Source of the DNA: Bacteroidales bacterium | Lineage (GTDB): Bacteria > Bacteroidota > Bacteroidia > Bacteroidales > JAADJA01 | Direction: 5' to 3' | Length of the DNA: 64,000 bases | Assembly (NCBI GenBank): GCA_021740645.1 | Contig: JAIOZL010000022.1 | Location: 2,806-66,805, forward strand | Part shown: one piece after another, positions 48,377-57,895 of the stretch | Layout of the letters: every line of letters begins with the position of its first letter | Numbering within the stretch: position 1 is the first letter of the stretch | Translations under genes and position numbers: made by a program | Notes under the pieces: generated by a model | Told to the model about the DNA's origin: nothing | Databases searched by the model: none | The model's input: the letters and a program-made list of their open reading frames with translations, nothing else

Positions 48377-48401
48377 AGTATTTATTGTTAGTTAGTGTGT
48401 A

Positions 48402-48764
48402 TTATTTATTTAAAGGTTCCGGACGATCATATTTACAGCATTTATGAAGAGCATTGTAAATTTCGTCTTTAGCCCTGTATTCTTCCGTATCATAACCCAC
48501 ATCTGCTATGGCCTTCTTAATTGTTTCCAGGTTAGTTTTAGTAGAATCATATTTTACCGTGATCATTTTTCCGGATATACTCCACTTGGCACTATTCACG
48601 CCATCCACTGATTCTCCTGCTTTTTCAATGGTCTTTTTGCACATTTCGCAATTCCCGTACACTTTAAATTTTTCCTTCACTTCTGTGCCGGCATCCTGGG
48701 CAAACACCGAAAAGCTAATAAAAGCAAACAGTATGCTTATAAAAACTCTTGTACTTCTGATCAT
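48402..48764 (-). CDS. Exported heavy-metal-associated (HMA) domain protein with a C-terminal CC motif
   Basis: Signal peptide. VYGNCEMCKKTIEKA (CxxC in a ferredoxin-like HMA fold). C-terminal ALHKCCKYDR. Confidence 0.7.
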   Translation of the reverse strand: MIRSTRVFISILFAFISFSVFAQDAGTEVKEKFKVYGNCEMCKKTIEKAGESVDGVNSAKWSISGKMITVKYDSTKTNLETIKKAIADVGYDTEEYRAKDEIYNALHKCCKYDRPEPLNK

Positions 48765-49001
48765 AATAATATTGTTTAAAAAATAAAAGACTAAAACTTA
48801 TGATAAAAAGTTGCACTAAATCAGCCTGTGCTGAATAATTATGCAATAATACATATTTTATTGAAATCCGCAATTAACGGAAATAACAATTAATTTAACT
48901 AGGACGCCCAGCCTTCGAAAAGGAGGTTAATATTAAGACGAAGATATTTTGGTAAAAGAGTAAAAATACCTTATCTGTTACTTAAGGAGAAAAATATTAA
49001 T

Positions 49002-49475
49002 CTATATTGAGGGGATTAAGTCGGACATTTTGCTGACAAAATGTTTTACCTTAGGTTTACTCACCATGAGCACATGCCCTTGCTTAAGGAAAACTTTGTG
49101 TTGATTTTGATTGCTGTATTCCGTAACATACATCAGGTTAATCACTTCAGTGGGGTTGATCCGGAAAAAACTGCCGTTAAGTTCATGGCAAAGTTCGTTT
49201 AGTGATATTGTTACATAAAAGGTGGTTTTATCTACCAGAAACAACTGGCTCAAATCGCCGGCAGCCTTGCCATACAATACCTGTTGCGTATGGACCAGTT
49301 TGATCCCACTCCCGGTCCTATATGCAATCCTCCTGTTTTTGTATTTTAAAGATTGTTGAATCGGATATCTATTAAGTACATAACAAATATACGTTTGTTT
49401 TAAATAACAATGTTGTGAATTGCTTTTGAATTGTATCCCCGCCTGACCGGACGGGCGTTTGAAATATTGAAGCAT
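49002..49475 (-). CDS. Stand-alone LytTR-like DNA-binding domain protein (degenerate motif; start uncertain)
   Basis: FFRINPTEVINL aligns with the LytTR F-x-R-I-H-R-S-x-I-V-N-L block, and a C-terminal MVSKPKVKHF resembles the PVSR region. Confidence 0.4.
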   Translation of the reverse strand: MLQYFKRPSGQAGIQFKSNSQHCYLKQTYICYVLNRYPIQQSLKYKNRRIAYRTGSGIKLVHTQQVLYGKAAGDLSQLFLVDKTTFYVTISLNELCHELNGSFFRINPTEVINLMYVTEYSNQNQHKVFLKQGHVLMVSKPKVKHFVSKMSDLIPSI

Positions 49476-49698
49476 CTTTTATATAGAATATTATCTGCTA
49501 AAGGCCCAATCTTTTGCTCCAAACACCTCCAATAAAGGGAGTTATCTTATAAAATTCTTAGGTATCCGTATCATCTCACCATACTTTAAAGGCTGTCTAC
49601 TGGTTTATAAATCAGAGGCTAATTCAGGAATCCCCTCTTGGTTAATAATTAAGTGCATTAAATTCCGTTAAAATAAATCAGGCTTTAAAAAAAACCTT

Positions 49699-49706
49699 TA
49701 ATTTTG
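49699..49706 (+). promoter_or_regulatory. Candidate -7 box (TAATTTTG) for trxA
   Basis: Matches TAnnTTTG, 38 nt upstream of the trxA ATG. Confidence 0.35.
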
Positions 49707-49743
49707 GCACTTCAACTTTTGTAAAACTTTTAAAAGATCAAAA

Positions 49744-50064
49744 ATGGCTTTAGAAATAACCGACTCGAACTTTGACGAGCTTGTTCTCCAGGAAAAAGAA
49801 AAACCTGTTGTTGTTGACTTTTGGGCAGAATGGTGCGGCCCCTGCCGCATGGTAGGCCCTATTGTACAGGAAATCGGCCAGGACTACGATGGTAAAGTGG
49901 TTGTAGGCAAACTGGACGTAGACAGCAATCCCGGCGTTTCTGTTAAATTTGGAATCCGTAACATCCCTACCATCCTTTTCTTTAAAAATGGAGAGGTAGT
50001 CGACAAACAAGTGGGTGCCGTTCCCAAACAGATCCTGGTTAATAAGCTGGAAGCACTTTTGTAA
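49744..50064 (+). CDS. trxA: Thioredoxin
   Basis: 106 aa with the WAEWCGPCR active site. Confidence 0.92.
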   Translation: MALEITDSNFDELVLQEKEKPVVVDFWAEWCGPCRMVGPIVQEIGQDYDGKVVVGKLDVDSNPGVSVKFGIRNIPTILFFKNGEVVDKQVGAVPKQILVNKLEALL

Positions 50065-50140
50065 TCGGGGAGATGCGAGAAAAGTGTTGATTAGTGATGG
50101 ATGATGGTGAATAGTAAAAGCTATGTCCCAATAACTAGCC

Positions 50141-50252
50141 TGCACCTTGCAACATGCAACCGTCAACATGCAACCTGCAACCTGCAACCTGCAACCTGCA
50201 ACATGCAACATGCAACCTGCAACCTGCACCTCGGAATCTGCACCTCACACCT
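50141..50252. repeat. Heptanucleotide tandem repeat (TGCAACM)n: 16 in-register heptads with an 11-unit core at 50148-50224
   Basis: Read directly: TGCAACA/TGCAACC units with degenerate flanking units (TGCACCT, CACACCT). Intergenic, between trxA and the DUF58 gene. Confidence 0.9.
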
Positions 50253-50289
50253 TGAACGATAAACACAACCCCAAACTAAACTCTTCCTC

Positions 50290-51225
50290 TTGGCATATAC
50301 GCTTGACTTAAACCGGCTACAAAAATCTGAATCCCTTGAGTTTATCGCCAGACAGGTGGTAGAGGGTTTTATCGTAGGTTTACATAAGTCACCCTTCCAC
50401 GGTTTTTCGGTAGAGTTTGCCGAACACCGCCTTTATAATGCCGGAGAATCCATTAAACATATCGACTGGAAATTATACGGACGTACAGATAAACTTTTTG
50501 TGAAACGTTATGAAGAAGAAACGAATCTCCGTTGCCAGATCGTTATGGATATTTCTTCGTCGATGTACTTCCCTGTAAAAGATAAACTCAGCCTCGACAA
50601 TCCCAACAAGATCACATTTTCGGTGTACGCTGCCGCAGCGCTTATCCATCTGCTGAAAAAACAAAGGGATGCTTTTGGTTTAAGCCTCTTTAGCGATGCT
50701 GTGGAGGAACATACACCGGTTAAATCAAGCAGTGTGCATCAAAAGTTCCTGTACAGCAAACTTGAAAACCTCCTGACACCACTCCCGGTTGACAAAAGAA
50801 AGAAAACTGCCGCTACTGGTGCCCTGCACGAAATTGCGGAAAAGATTCACAAACGATCCCTCGTAATTATCTTTAGCGATATGCTCGACAATCAGGCCTC
50901 GGAGGAGTTGCTGTTTTCTTCGCTCCAACATTTAAAACATAATAAGCATGAGGTGATCCTCTTTCATGTGAATGATAAAAACAAGGAGATTGATTTTGAC
51001 TTTGAGAACCGGCCCTATAAATTTATTGATATGGAAGGCGGACAGGAAGTGAAGATCACCCCCTCGGAAGTCAGGGAAATGTACGTACAAAATGCAAGAA
51101 GATTCAAGGAAAACCTGAAGCTAAAATGCGGGCAGTATAAAATTGACTTTATTGAAGCTGACATTAATAAGGGCTTCGACCAGATTTTACTCCCCTATCT
51201 ACTCAAAAGGGAGAAACTCTATTAA
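50290..51225 (+). CDS. DUF58 (MoxR-associated, vWA-like) protein
   Basis: ARQVVEGFIVGLHKSPFHGFSVEFAEHRLYNAGESIKHIDW signature. TTG start. No MoxR ATPase adjacent. Confidence 0.8.
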   Translation: MAYTLDLNRLQKSESLEFIARQVVEGFIVGLHKSPFHGFSVEFAEHRLYNAGESIKHIDWKLYGRTDKLFVKRYEEETNLRCQIVMDISSSMYFPVKDKLSLDNPNKITFSVYAAAALIHLLKKQRDAFGLSLFSDAVEEHTPVKSSSVHQKFLYSKLENLLTPLPVDKRKKTAATGALHEIAEKIHKRSLVIIFSDMLDNQASEELLFSSLQHLKHNKHEVILFHVNDKNKEIDFDFENRPYKFIDMEGGQEVKITPSEVREMYVQNARRFKENLKLKCGQYKIDFIEADINKGFDQILLPYLLKREKLY

Positions 51226-51261
51226 GGAGTAACCGGGATCTTGTTTCTAGCAATTCCTCAA

Positions 51262-51292
51262 CCCACACCCCACACCCTTATCCCCGCACCCC
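51262..51292 (-). other. Five-tract C-run element (C3-N3-C4-N3-C3-N4-C4-N3-C4): G-quadruplex motif on the minus strand, i-motif on the plus strand
   Basis: Plus strand reads CCCACACCCCACACCCTTATCCCCGCACCCC. Strongly atypical composition for this AT-rich spacer. Confidence 0.6.
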
Positions 51293-51320
51293 GCAACTTG
51301 CAACTTGCAACTTGCAACTT
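51293..51320. repeat. Heptanucleotide tandem repeat (GCAACTT)x4
   Basis: Four perfect units directly following the C-tract element, 46 nt upstream of the cdaA ATG. Confidence 0.9.
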
Positions 51321-51366
51321 GATTCTCTCATTTACATTACCTACTTTTGGGCTTCAATTACAAACT

Positions 51367-52155
51367 ATGTTACCTGAGTTATTCACTTTTATCGAAATCA
51401 AATTCCTGGATATCCTGGATATTTTCCTGGTGGCGATATTATTGTACTTCCTTTACAATTTGCTGAAAGGAACCGTGGCAATCAATATCTTTTTTGGCAT
51501 CGTTGCTTTTTACCTCCTTTGGAAATTTGTAACAGCCCTTGAGATGAAACTCCTTAGCGAAATATTCGGTGCTTTTATAAGCGTGGGATTTATTGCGCTG
51601 ATCGTAGTATTTCAGCCTGAGATAAGGAAGTTCCTGCTATTGCTCGGCCGGCCCGGATTTATCAACCGTAAAAAGGGGCGTTTTCTTTTCTGGAACTTCA
51701 GTTTTCAGCACGAAGAAGAATTTGATATTGATCCGGTGATCATGGCGTCGAAAAACCTTGCAGAAAAAAAAACAGGGGCACTTATTATTATTGCCAACAA
51801 AAGTGAATTGGAACAATATGTAGATACCGGACAGAAAATATATGCTGAAATTTCTGAAGCACTGATCGAGAATATCTTTTTTAAAAACAGCCCTCTGCAC
51901 GATGGTGCCCTGATCATACATCAGAACAAAATCGTTGCTGCCCGCTGCATCCTTCCAGTCTCAGCCAATAAAAAAATACCCGCCAGCCTTGGATTAAGAC
52001 ACAGGGCTGCTGCTGGAGTTACAGAACAGAGCGATGCACAAGCCATTATTATTTCAGAAGAAACAGGAAGGATTTCTTATGCTATACACGGTGAATTAAA
52101 AACAAGCATAAAACCCAACCAGCTTAAAACTTACCTCCTAGAGGGAATGGGATAA
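51367..52155 (+). CDS. cdaA: Diadenylate cyclase (c-di-AMP synthase), membrane-anchored CdaA type
   Basis: Three N-terminal TM segments and a DAC domain with HDGALII and GLRHRAAAG motifs. ATG at 51367 chosen because the track's TTG at 51241 translates the repeat tract. Confidence 0.88.
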   Translation: MLPELFTFIEIKFLDILDIFLVAILLYFLYNLLKGTVAINIFFGIVAFYLLWKFVTALEMKLLSEIFGAFISVGFIALIVVFQPEIRKFLLLLGRPGFINRKKGRFLFWNFSFQHEEEFDIDPVIMASKNLAEKKTGALIIIANKSELEQYVDTGQKIYAEISEALIENIFFKNSPLHDGALIIHQNKIVAARCILPVSANKKIPASLGLRHRAAAGVTEQSDAQAIIISEETGRISYAIHGELKTSIKPNQLKTYLLEGMG

Positions 52156-52404
52156 ATTGCCATTGGATAACGACCAACATGGATCTCAATTTATAAAGCC
52201 AACATGCCTGTAAAGGCAATCATCCGGGACCCACAAGCAAAAGCACTAGTGGACACTTGCGGTATTTTAGCTATATAAACCAAACGGAGGTAACCACCCT
52301 TCAGGGATATGGAATTTCATACGTTATTAAAAGATCATTATTTTTTTCATAAAAAAGTTATTGTATTAATTATTTTCTATTTTTGATTCCTAAATATAAG
52401 AACC

Positions 52405-53751
52405 ATGAATCTAACGACAGTTAATGCCATCTCCCCTATCGATGGCCGGTATCGCAAGAAAGTAGAAGGCCTTTCCTATTATTTTTCGGAAGCTGGACTG
52501 ATCAATTACCGGGTATATGTAGAAGTGGAATACTTTATTTCACTCGTCGAACTCGGACTGCCTCAATTAAAAGATTTTGATACGTCGAAAATTGAAGATT
52601 TACGTGCAATCTGCCGCGATTTTACCTTTATCCAAGCAGAGGAAGTAAAGAAGATCGAAAAAACGACCAATCACGATGTAAAAGCCATTGAATATTACCT
52701 GAAGAAAGAATTCGAGAAATTAGGACTTGGCAAGTACAAAGAGTTTATCCATTTTGGATTAACCTCACAGGACATCACCAATACGGCTCAGCCTTATGCC
52801 TTCAAACTTGCCTTTGAAGACAGCCTGATGCCCCAGTTAAATAAGGTGGTAAACAAACTCAGCAACCTGGCCAAGCAATGGAAGTCAGTTCCCATGCTGG
52901 CATATACCCATGGACAGCCTGCTTCTCCTACATTTTTAGGGAAAGAGATCAATGTTTTTGCTGAACGTTTAAAACATCAAATCAAACTTTTGAAGCTGCT
53001 TCCTTTCACGGCCAAATTTGGAGGAGCCACAGGAAACCTGAATGCCCATTATGCGGCTTACCCTGGTATAGACTGGATTGAGTTCTCCAATAGTTTTCTG
53101 AAAAAACTTGGACTTCAAAGGCAAAAGCTTACCACCCAGATTGAGAATTACGATTACATGGCCACATTTTTTGATAACCTGAAAAGGATCAATACCATTC
53201 TTATTGATCTCAACAGGGATATCTGGGCCTATGTTTCGATGAATTACTTTAAACAACAGATTAAAAAGGGTGAAACCGGTTCTTCCACCATGCCTCACAA
53301 AGTCAATCCTATTGATTTCGAAAATTCGGAGGGAAACCTGGGAATTGCCAATGCCCTGTTTGAACATTTGTCGGCCAAGCTTCCGGTATCCCGCCTTCAG
53401 CGCGACCTGACAGACTCCACTGTATCCAGAAATATTGGCGTACCGGTGGCCCATTCGCTCCTGGCCTATAAAATGTTGATACAGGGGCTGGATAAGTTAC
53501 TGCTGAATGAGGAGAAACTTAGCGAAGACCTGGAGAACAACTGGGCTGTAGTGGCGGAAGCCATACAAACCATATTGCGCAGGGAGGGTTATCCTAAACC
53601 TTATGAGAAATTAAAAGACCTGACACGCACGAATACTACAATTGATAAAAAATCAATCCAGGATTTTATCAAAAAGCTGAAAATTTCAGAGGAGGTTAAA
53701 AAAGAAATGTTAGCAATTACGCCTCATAACTATACAGGAAAAGCGATTTAA
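52405..53751 (+). CDS. purB: Adenylosuccinate lyase
   Basis: 448 aa. SPIDGRY start and fumarate-lyase signature GSSTMPHKVNP. Confidence 0.92.
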   Translation: MNLTTVNAISPIDGRYRKKVEGLSYYFSEAGLINYRVYVEVEYFISLVELGLPQLKDFDTSKIEDLRAICRDFTFIQAEEVKKIEKTTNHDVKAIEYYLKKEFEKLGLGKYKEFIHFGLTSQDITNTAQPYAFKLAFEDSLMPQLNKVVNKLSNLAKQWKSVPMLAYTHGQPASPTFLGKEINVFAERLKHQIKLLKLLPFTAKFGGATGNLNAHYAAYPGIDWIEFSNSFLKKLGLQRQKLTTQIENYDYMATFFDNLKRINTILIDLNRDIWAYVSMNYFKQQIKKGETGSSTMPHKVNPIDFENSEGNLGIANALFEHLSAKLPVSRLQRDLTDSTVSRNIGVPVAHSLLAYKMLIQGLDKLLLNEEKLSEDLENNWAVVAEAIQTILRREGYPKPYEKLKDLTRTNTTIDKKSIQDFIKKLKISEEVKKEMLAITPHNYTGKAI

Positions 53752-53766
53752 TTCGTTTACAGGCTT

Positions 53767-55599
53767 ATGTTTAAAAAATATCTTCGGGTTCTTGCCTATG
53801 TCAAGCCCTATTTGGGTTATGCCATACTAAATATCATTTTCAATTTACTGGTTATTATTTTTTCACTGGTGTCGTTTGTAATGCTGATTCCTTTCCTTAA
53901 TTTGCTCTTTGGAATAGAAAAACTGGTGGAAATTAAACCCGAACTAAGCTTTAGCCCCGAGTCGGTGATGGACTACCTCAACTATTTTATCAGCCAGATC
54001 ATCATTACCCGTGGTAAAGTTGATGCCCTTATCTTTATCTGTATTTTTCTGTTAAGCACTTTCTTTTGCCGGAATGCCTTCAGATTCCTGGCTATGTTTT
54101 ACCTGGCGAATGTTCGCATTGGGGCTGTGAAGGGGATTCGGAATGATGTATATAATAAAATTCTTATCCTGCCCCTGTCATTCTATACAGCGCATAAAAA
54201 AGGGGATATCATGGCCCGGATCACTACCGATGTGCAGGAAGTGGAATATTCTATCATGAGTTACCTTGAAATGCTGGTCCGCGACCCCGTTACCATCATT
54301 GCTTATTTTATTACCCTCTTTGTTATTAGCCCCCAGTTAACCCTTTTTGTTATTGTGCTTCTTCCGATTACCGGTTTTGTTATTGGAAGGATAGGCCGAT
54401 CGCTTAGGAGAGAATCCAAAATAGGGCAAAATCGTTTTGCAGGGCTTTTATCCACCATCGAGGAAACCATATCAGGATTGCGCATAATAAAAGCATTTAC
54501 AGCCATCGGATTTTCTAATCAACGATTTCTCGACCGTAACCAGGATTATTCAGATACGATGCTGGGAATTTACCGCACCCGTGACCTGTCTTCCCCGCTG
54601 AGCGAATTTTTATCATCGGTTGTGATAATAATTGTATTGTGGTTTGGTGGGAAACTGGTATTATCAGATGATCCAGCTATAACGGCAGCCATGTTTATTA
54701 CATATATTGTTATTTTTTCGCAGATCATTCCTCCCGGAAAAACTTTCGCGACAGGATTCTATAGCATTCAAAAAGGTCTGGCTTCCGCGGAAAGAATTTT
54801 TGATATACTGGATGCAGAAGAGGTAATAGAAGAGAAAATTGATGCGGTGGAGAAAAAACAATTTGAAAGGGAAATCGAATACCGGAACGTATCGTTCAGT
54901 TACAAAACCGACCCCGTCCTTAAAAATATTAATTGTAAAATTGAGAAAGGCAGGATCATAGCCCTGGTAGGACAGTCCGGAGGTGGAAAATCAACCTTTG
55001 TGGATCTCCTCCCCCGTTTTTATGATACTACTGAAGGCGAGATATTGATTGATGGAATTCCCATAAAGGATTGTAAAATAGACGATATAAGGGGCCTGAT
55101 GGGTATCGTTACACAAGAGGCCATTTTATTTAATGACACAGTGTTAAACAATATTGCTTTCGGGGCAGATGATATCAGCGAAGAAGACGTGATCAGTGCA
55201 GCAAGGGTGGCCAATGCCCACGAATTCATTGAAAAAATGGATGAGGGTTACCAATCCAATATCGGGGACCGTGGATCAAAGCTTTCGGGAGGCCAGAGGC
55301 AGCGCCTGAGCATTGCACGTGCCATACTCAGGAATCCTCCCATCCTGATCCTGGATGAAGCAACATCAGCCCTGGATACGGAATCGGAAAGGCTGGTGCA
55401 GGATGCCCTGGCTAAAGTGATGACAAACCGTACTTCGATAGTGATCGCCCACAGGCTATCCACCATTGTACATGCTGACGAGATCATTGTATTGAAAAAA
55501 GGTGAAATTGTGGAAAGAGGCACACATAAGGAATTGCTATTAAAAGATGGAGAATATAAAAAATTGCACGACCTTCAGGCATTTGACTCCAGGAGCTAA
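53767..55599 (+). CDS. ABC transporter, fused permease/ATPase exporter (MsbA-like)
   Basis: Six-TM domain, Walker A GQSGGGKST, signature LSGGQRQR, Walker B ILILDEATS. Confidence 0.85.
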   Translation: MFKKYLRVLAYVKPYLGYAILNIIFNLLVIIFSLVSFVMLIPFLNLLFGIEKLVEIKPELSFSPESVMDYLNYFISQIIITRGKVDALIFICIFLLSTFFCRNAFRFLAMFYLANVRIGAVKGIRNDVYNKILILPLSFYTAHKKGDIMARITTDVQEVEYSIMSYLEMLVRDPVTIIAYFITLFVISPQLTLFVIVLLPITGFVIGRIGRSLRRESKIGQNRFAGLLSTIEETISGLRIIKAFTAIGFSNQRFLDRNQDYSDTMLGIYRTRDLSSPLSEFLSSVVIIIVLWFGGKLVLSDDPAITAAMFITYIVIFSQIIPPGKTFATGFYSIQKGLASAERIFDILDAEEVIEEKIDAVEKKQFEREIEYRNVSFSYKTDPVLKNINCKIEKGRIIALVGQSGGGKSTFVDLLPRFYDTTEGEILIDGIPIKDCKIDDIRGLMGIVTQEAILFNDTVLNNIAFGADDISEEDVISAARVANAHEFIEKMDEGYQSNIGDRGSKLSGGQRQRLSIARAILRNPPILILDEATSALDTESERLVQDALAKVMTNRTSIVIAHRLSTIVHADEIIVLKKGEIVERGTHKELLLKDGEYKKLHDLQAFDSRS

Positions 55600-55705
55600 C
55601 TATTTATTAAAAATTGAACTAAATTTTTTAATAAATCAGATATTATAAGACCCGATTTGTTTCATAGTATATAATTTAATATAAATTTGCACCAAAATAA
55701 GATGT

Positions 55706-56170
55706 ATGGATTTAACGAAAATTTTAGCTATCTCAGGTAAACCCGGTCTGTATAAAATGATCACACAGACTAAAAACGGGCTTATTGTGGAGTCGATTCC
55801 GGAAGGAAAGAAGTTTACTGCTTTTAGCCATGAACGTATCAGCACCCTTGAGGAGATCAGCATTTACACTGATGACGAGGATAAACCATTAAAGGAAGTG
55901 CTTAAAGCAATTTACGATAAACAAGAAGGGAAAGCAGCGATTTCGCCAAAAGCCTCTGGCAACGAACTAAAGGCATTTTTCGGGGAAGCCGTGCCGGATT
56001 ATGACAAGGAAAATGTATATGTTTCGGATATAAAGAAAATACTTCTTTGGTACAACACCCTTCAGGAAAACAATATCCTCAATTTTGAAGAAGAGAAAGA
56101 AGAGGAAAAACCCGAAGAAAAGGGGGAGGCTAAAGACGAAAATCAAAAAGACAAAGAAACTGATCAATAG
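55706..56170 (+). CDS. Conserved Bacteroidota hypothetical protein (DUF5606-like) with an acidic/lysine-rich tail
   Basis: ISGKPGLYKMITQTKNGLIVES block recalled from the DUF5606 family. The call is from memory only. Confidence 0.5.
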   Translation: MDLTKILAISGKPGLYKMITQTKNGLIVESIPEGKKFTAFSHERISTLEEISIYTDDEDKPLKEVLKAIYDKQEGKAAISPKASGNELKAFFGEAVPDYDKENVYVSDIKKILLWYNTLQENNILNFEEEKEEEKPEEKGEAKDENQKDKETDQ

Positions 56171-56174
56171 ATAT

Positions 56175-56199
56175 TCCCCCGCATGGGGGATTTTTTTTT
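56175..56199 (+). terminator. Rho-independent terminator
   Basis: TCCCCC-GCAT-GGGGGA hairpin followed by T9. Confidence 0.8.
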
Positions 56200-56207
56200 A
56201 TTCCTGT

Positions 56208-56981
56208 ATGAAAAAAATAGTTGCTGACCACATACTTATTAAAACTGAAAACCCGGCCGAGGACAACTTCATTATTTATTTAAAGAGTGAAAATGATATA
56301 CCTGAAATTTTCCCGGGAAACTTTGCTGAGATATTGGTCCCGGATTCACCCGAGGTGTTTTTGCGCCGCCCATTTTCCATTTTAGACGTAGATTATAAAA
56401 AACGAATCATCAGTTTTTATATAAAAGCAATTGGGAAAGGTACCAGCCGGTTGGGAGCACTTAAGTCAGGAACTAAAATTAACCTTATCTATCCGCTTGG
56501 CAATCGATATTCTATCGAAAATAACCTCACCAAAGTATTAATCGTTGGAGGTGGTTCAGGTATCGCTCCTTTTATTCTCCTGGGCAAAGAATTAAAAAAA
56601 AGGGATATTCGGGCGACCTTTCTAATAGGAGGAAGATCAAAAAAAGATATTCTCATGACTGAAGAATTTTCGAAATATGGTGAAGTATTAATGACAACTG
56701 AGGATGGAACCGCAGGAGAAAAGGGCCTGGTTACCCAACACACGGTATTTAAGACAGGCAAGTTTAATTTTGATAAAATATATTGCTGCGGCCCTAATCC
56801 CATGATGAAAGCTGTTGGCATCCTCGCCCGGGAAAAAGGAATTCCATGCGAAGCCTCTCTCGAAAACACAATGGCTTGCGGATTTGGCGTTTGCCTGTGT
56901 TGCGTTACTGCGACTCACCAGGGGAATAAACGAGTATGTTTGGAAGGGCCTGTTTTTAACGTAAATGATTTAACATGGTAG
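56208..56981 (+). CDS. pyrK: Dihydroorotate dehydrogenase (class 1B) electron-transfer subunit
   Basis: FAD/NAD-binding fold ([14 protein letters not shown]) and a C-terminal 2Fe-2S Cys cluster (CGFGVCLCC). ATG at 56208 chosen because the upstream track codons cross the terminator. Confidence 0.8.
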   Translation: MKKIVADHILIKTENPAEDNFIIYLKSENDIPEIFPGNFAEILVPDSPEVFLRRPFSILDVDYKKRIISFYIKAIGKGTSRLGALKSGTKINLIYPLGNRYSIENNLTKVLIVGGGSGIAPFILLGKELKKRDIRATFLIGGRSKKDILMTEEFSKYGEVLMTTEDGTAGEKGLVTQHTVFKTGKFNFDKIYCCGPNPMMKAVGILAREKGIPCEASLENTMACGFGVCLCCVTATHQGNKRVCLEGPVFNVNDLTW

Positions 56982-57889
56982 ATTTAAGCGTTAAGTTGCA
57001 TCAATTAAATTTTAAAAATCCAGTAACTGCAGCTTCAGGAACCTTTGGGTTTGGTGAAGAGATGCAGGCATTTGTAGATGTGAATCAACTGGGTGGGATA
57101 TTTGTTAAAGGGCTTACTCTTGAAAACCGGGAAGGAAATGATTACCCACGCATGGCCGAGACTCCCTCGGGAATGCTTAATGCCGTCGGACTTCAAAATA
57201 AGGGCATAGAATATTTTATCGATCACATTTATCCTCACATTAAAGACCTCGATACCCATATTATTGCCAATGTGAATGGTTCTACCATCGAGGATTATAT
57301 AGCCGTAACCGAAAAATTAAATGAACTGGATAAAGTTCCGGCCATTGAATTGAACATCTCCTGCCCCAATGTAAAGCAAGGAGGAATGTTATTTGGCACC
57401 AGCTGTCCGTCTGCTATTGCTGTAACAGAAGCAGTAAGAAAAGCCTATGATAAAACCCTCATTGTAAAACTTTCACCCAATGTAACAGATATTGCAGAGA
57501 TGGCTTTGGCCGTGGAAAGTGTCGGCGCGGATTCTGTTTCACTTATCAACACCCTTGTAGGTATGGCAATAAACGCCGAAACACGAAAACCTGTTCTTTC
57601 CACGGTTACTGGAGGATTATCAGGCCCTGCCATCAAACCGGTAGCGCTAAGGATGGTGTGGCAGGTTTATAAAGCCGTTAAAATACCTATTGTAGGTATT
57701 GGAGGTATAATGAATGCCACAGATGCTATTGAATTTTTTCTTGCAGGTGCTTCGGTGATACAGGTAGGGACAGCAAATTTCCTTGATCCGGCAATAACCC
57801 TAAAAATTATTGATGGAATTCAAGAATATATGACCAGGCATAAGGTCGCCAGTATTTCTGATCTCATTGGTAAATTGGAACTATCTTAA
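56975..57889 (+). CDS. pyrD: Dihydroorotate dehydrogenase catalytic subunit (class 1B)
   Basis: 304 aa. [35 protein letters not shown] motifs. 7-nt overlap with pyrK. Confidence 0.9.
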   Translation: MVDLSVKLHQLNFKNPVTAASGTFGFGEEMQAFVDVNQLGGIFVKGLTLENREGNDYPRMAETPSGMLNAVGLQNKGIEYFIDHIYPHIKDLDTHIIANVNGSTIEDYIAVTEKLNELDKVPAIELNISCPNVKQGGMLFGTSCPSAIAVTEAVRKAYDKTLIVKLSPNVTDIAEMALAVESVGADSVSLINTLVGMAINAETRKPVLSTVTGGLSGPAIKPVALRMVWQVYKAVKIPIVGIGGIMNATDAIEFFLAGASVIQVGTANFLDPAITLKIIDGIQEYMTRHKVASISDLIGKLELS

Positions 57890-57895
57890 CCTTAT

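Noticed and set aside
49750-50229. A 159-aa minus-strand ORF with repetitive VAGCMLH sequence.
   Set aside because: It is the translation of the (TGCAACM)n heptamer array (3 units equal 7 codons) plus the antisense strand of trxA. It has no start context or protein-like features.
50141-50252. The tandem repeats might be a CRISPR array.
   Set aside because: The units are 7 nt and directly abutting, with no spacers. No cas genes are present in the window.
52156-52404. The 250-nt spacer between cdaA and purB might hold a riboswitch (c-di-AMP ydaO type, ZTP/pfl or purine).
   Set aside because: I found only short features: a CCAACATG direct repeat, a CACTAGTG palindrome and ATTGCC...GGCAAT. None of the conserved cores of those riboswitch classes that I can recall is present. 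It would need a covariance-model scan to settle.
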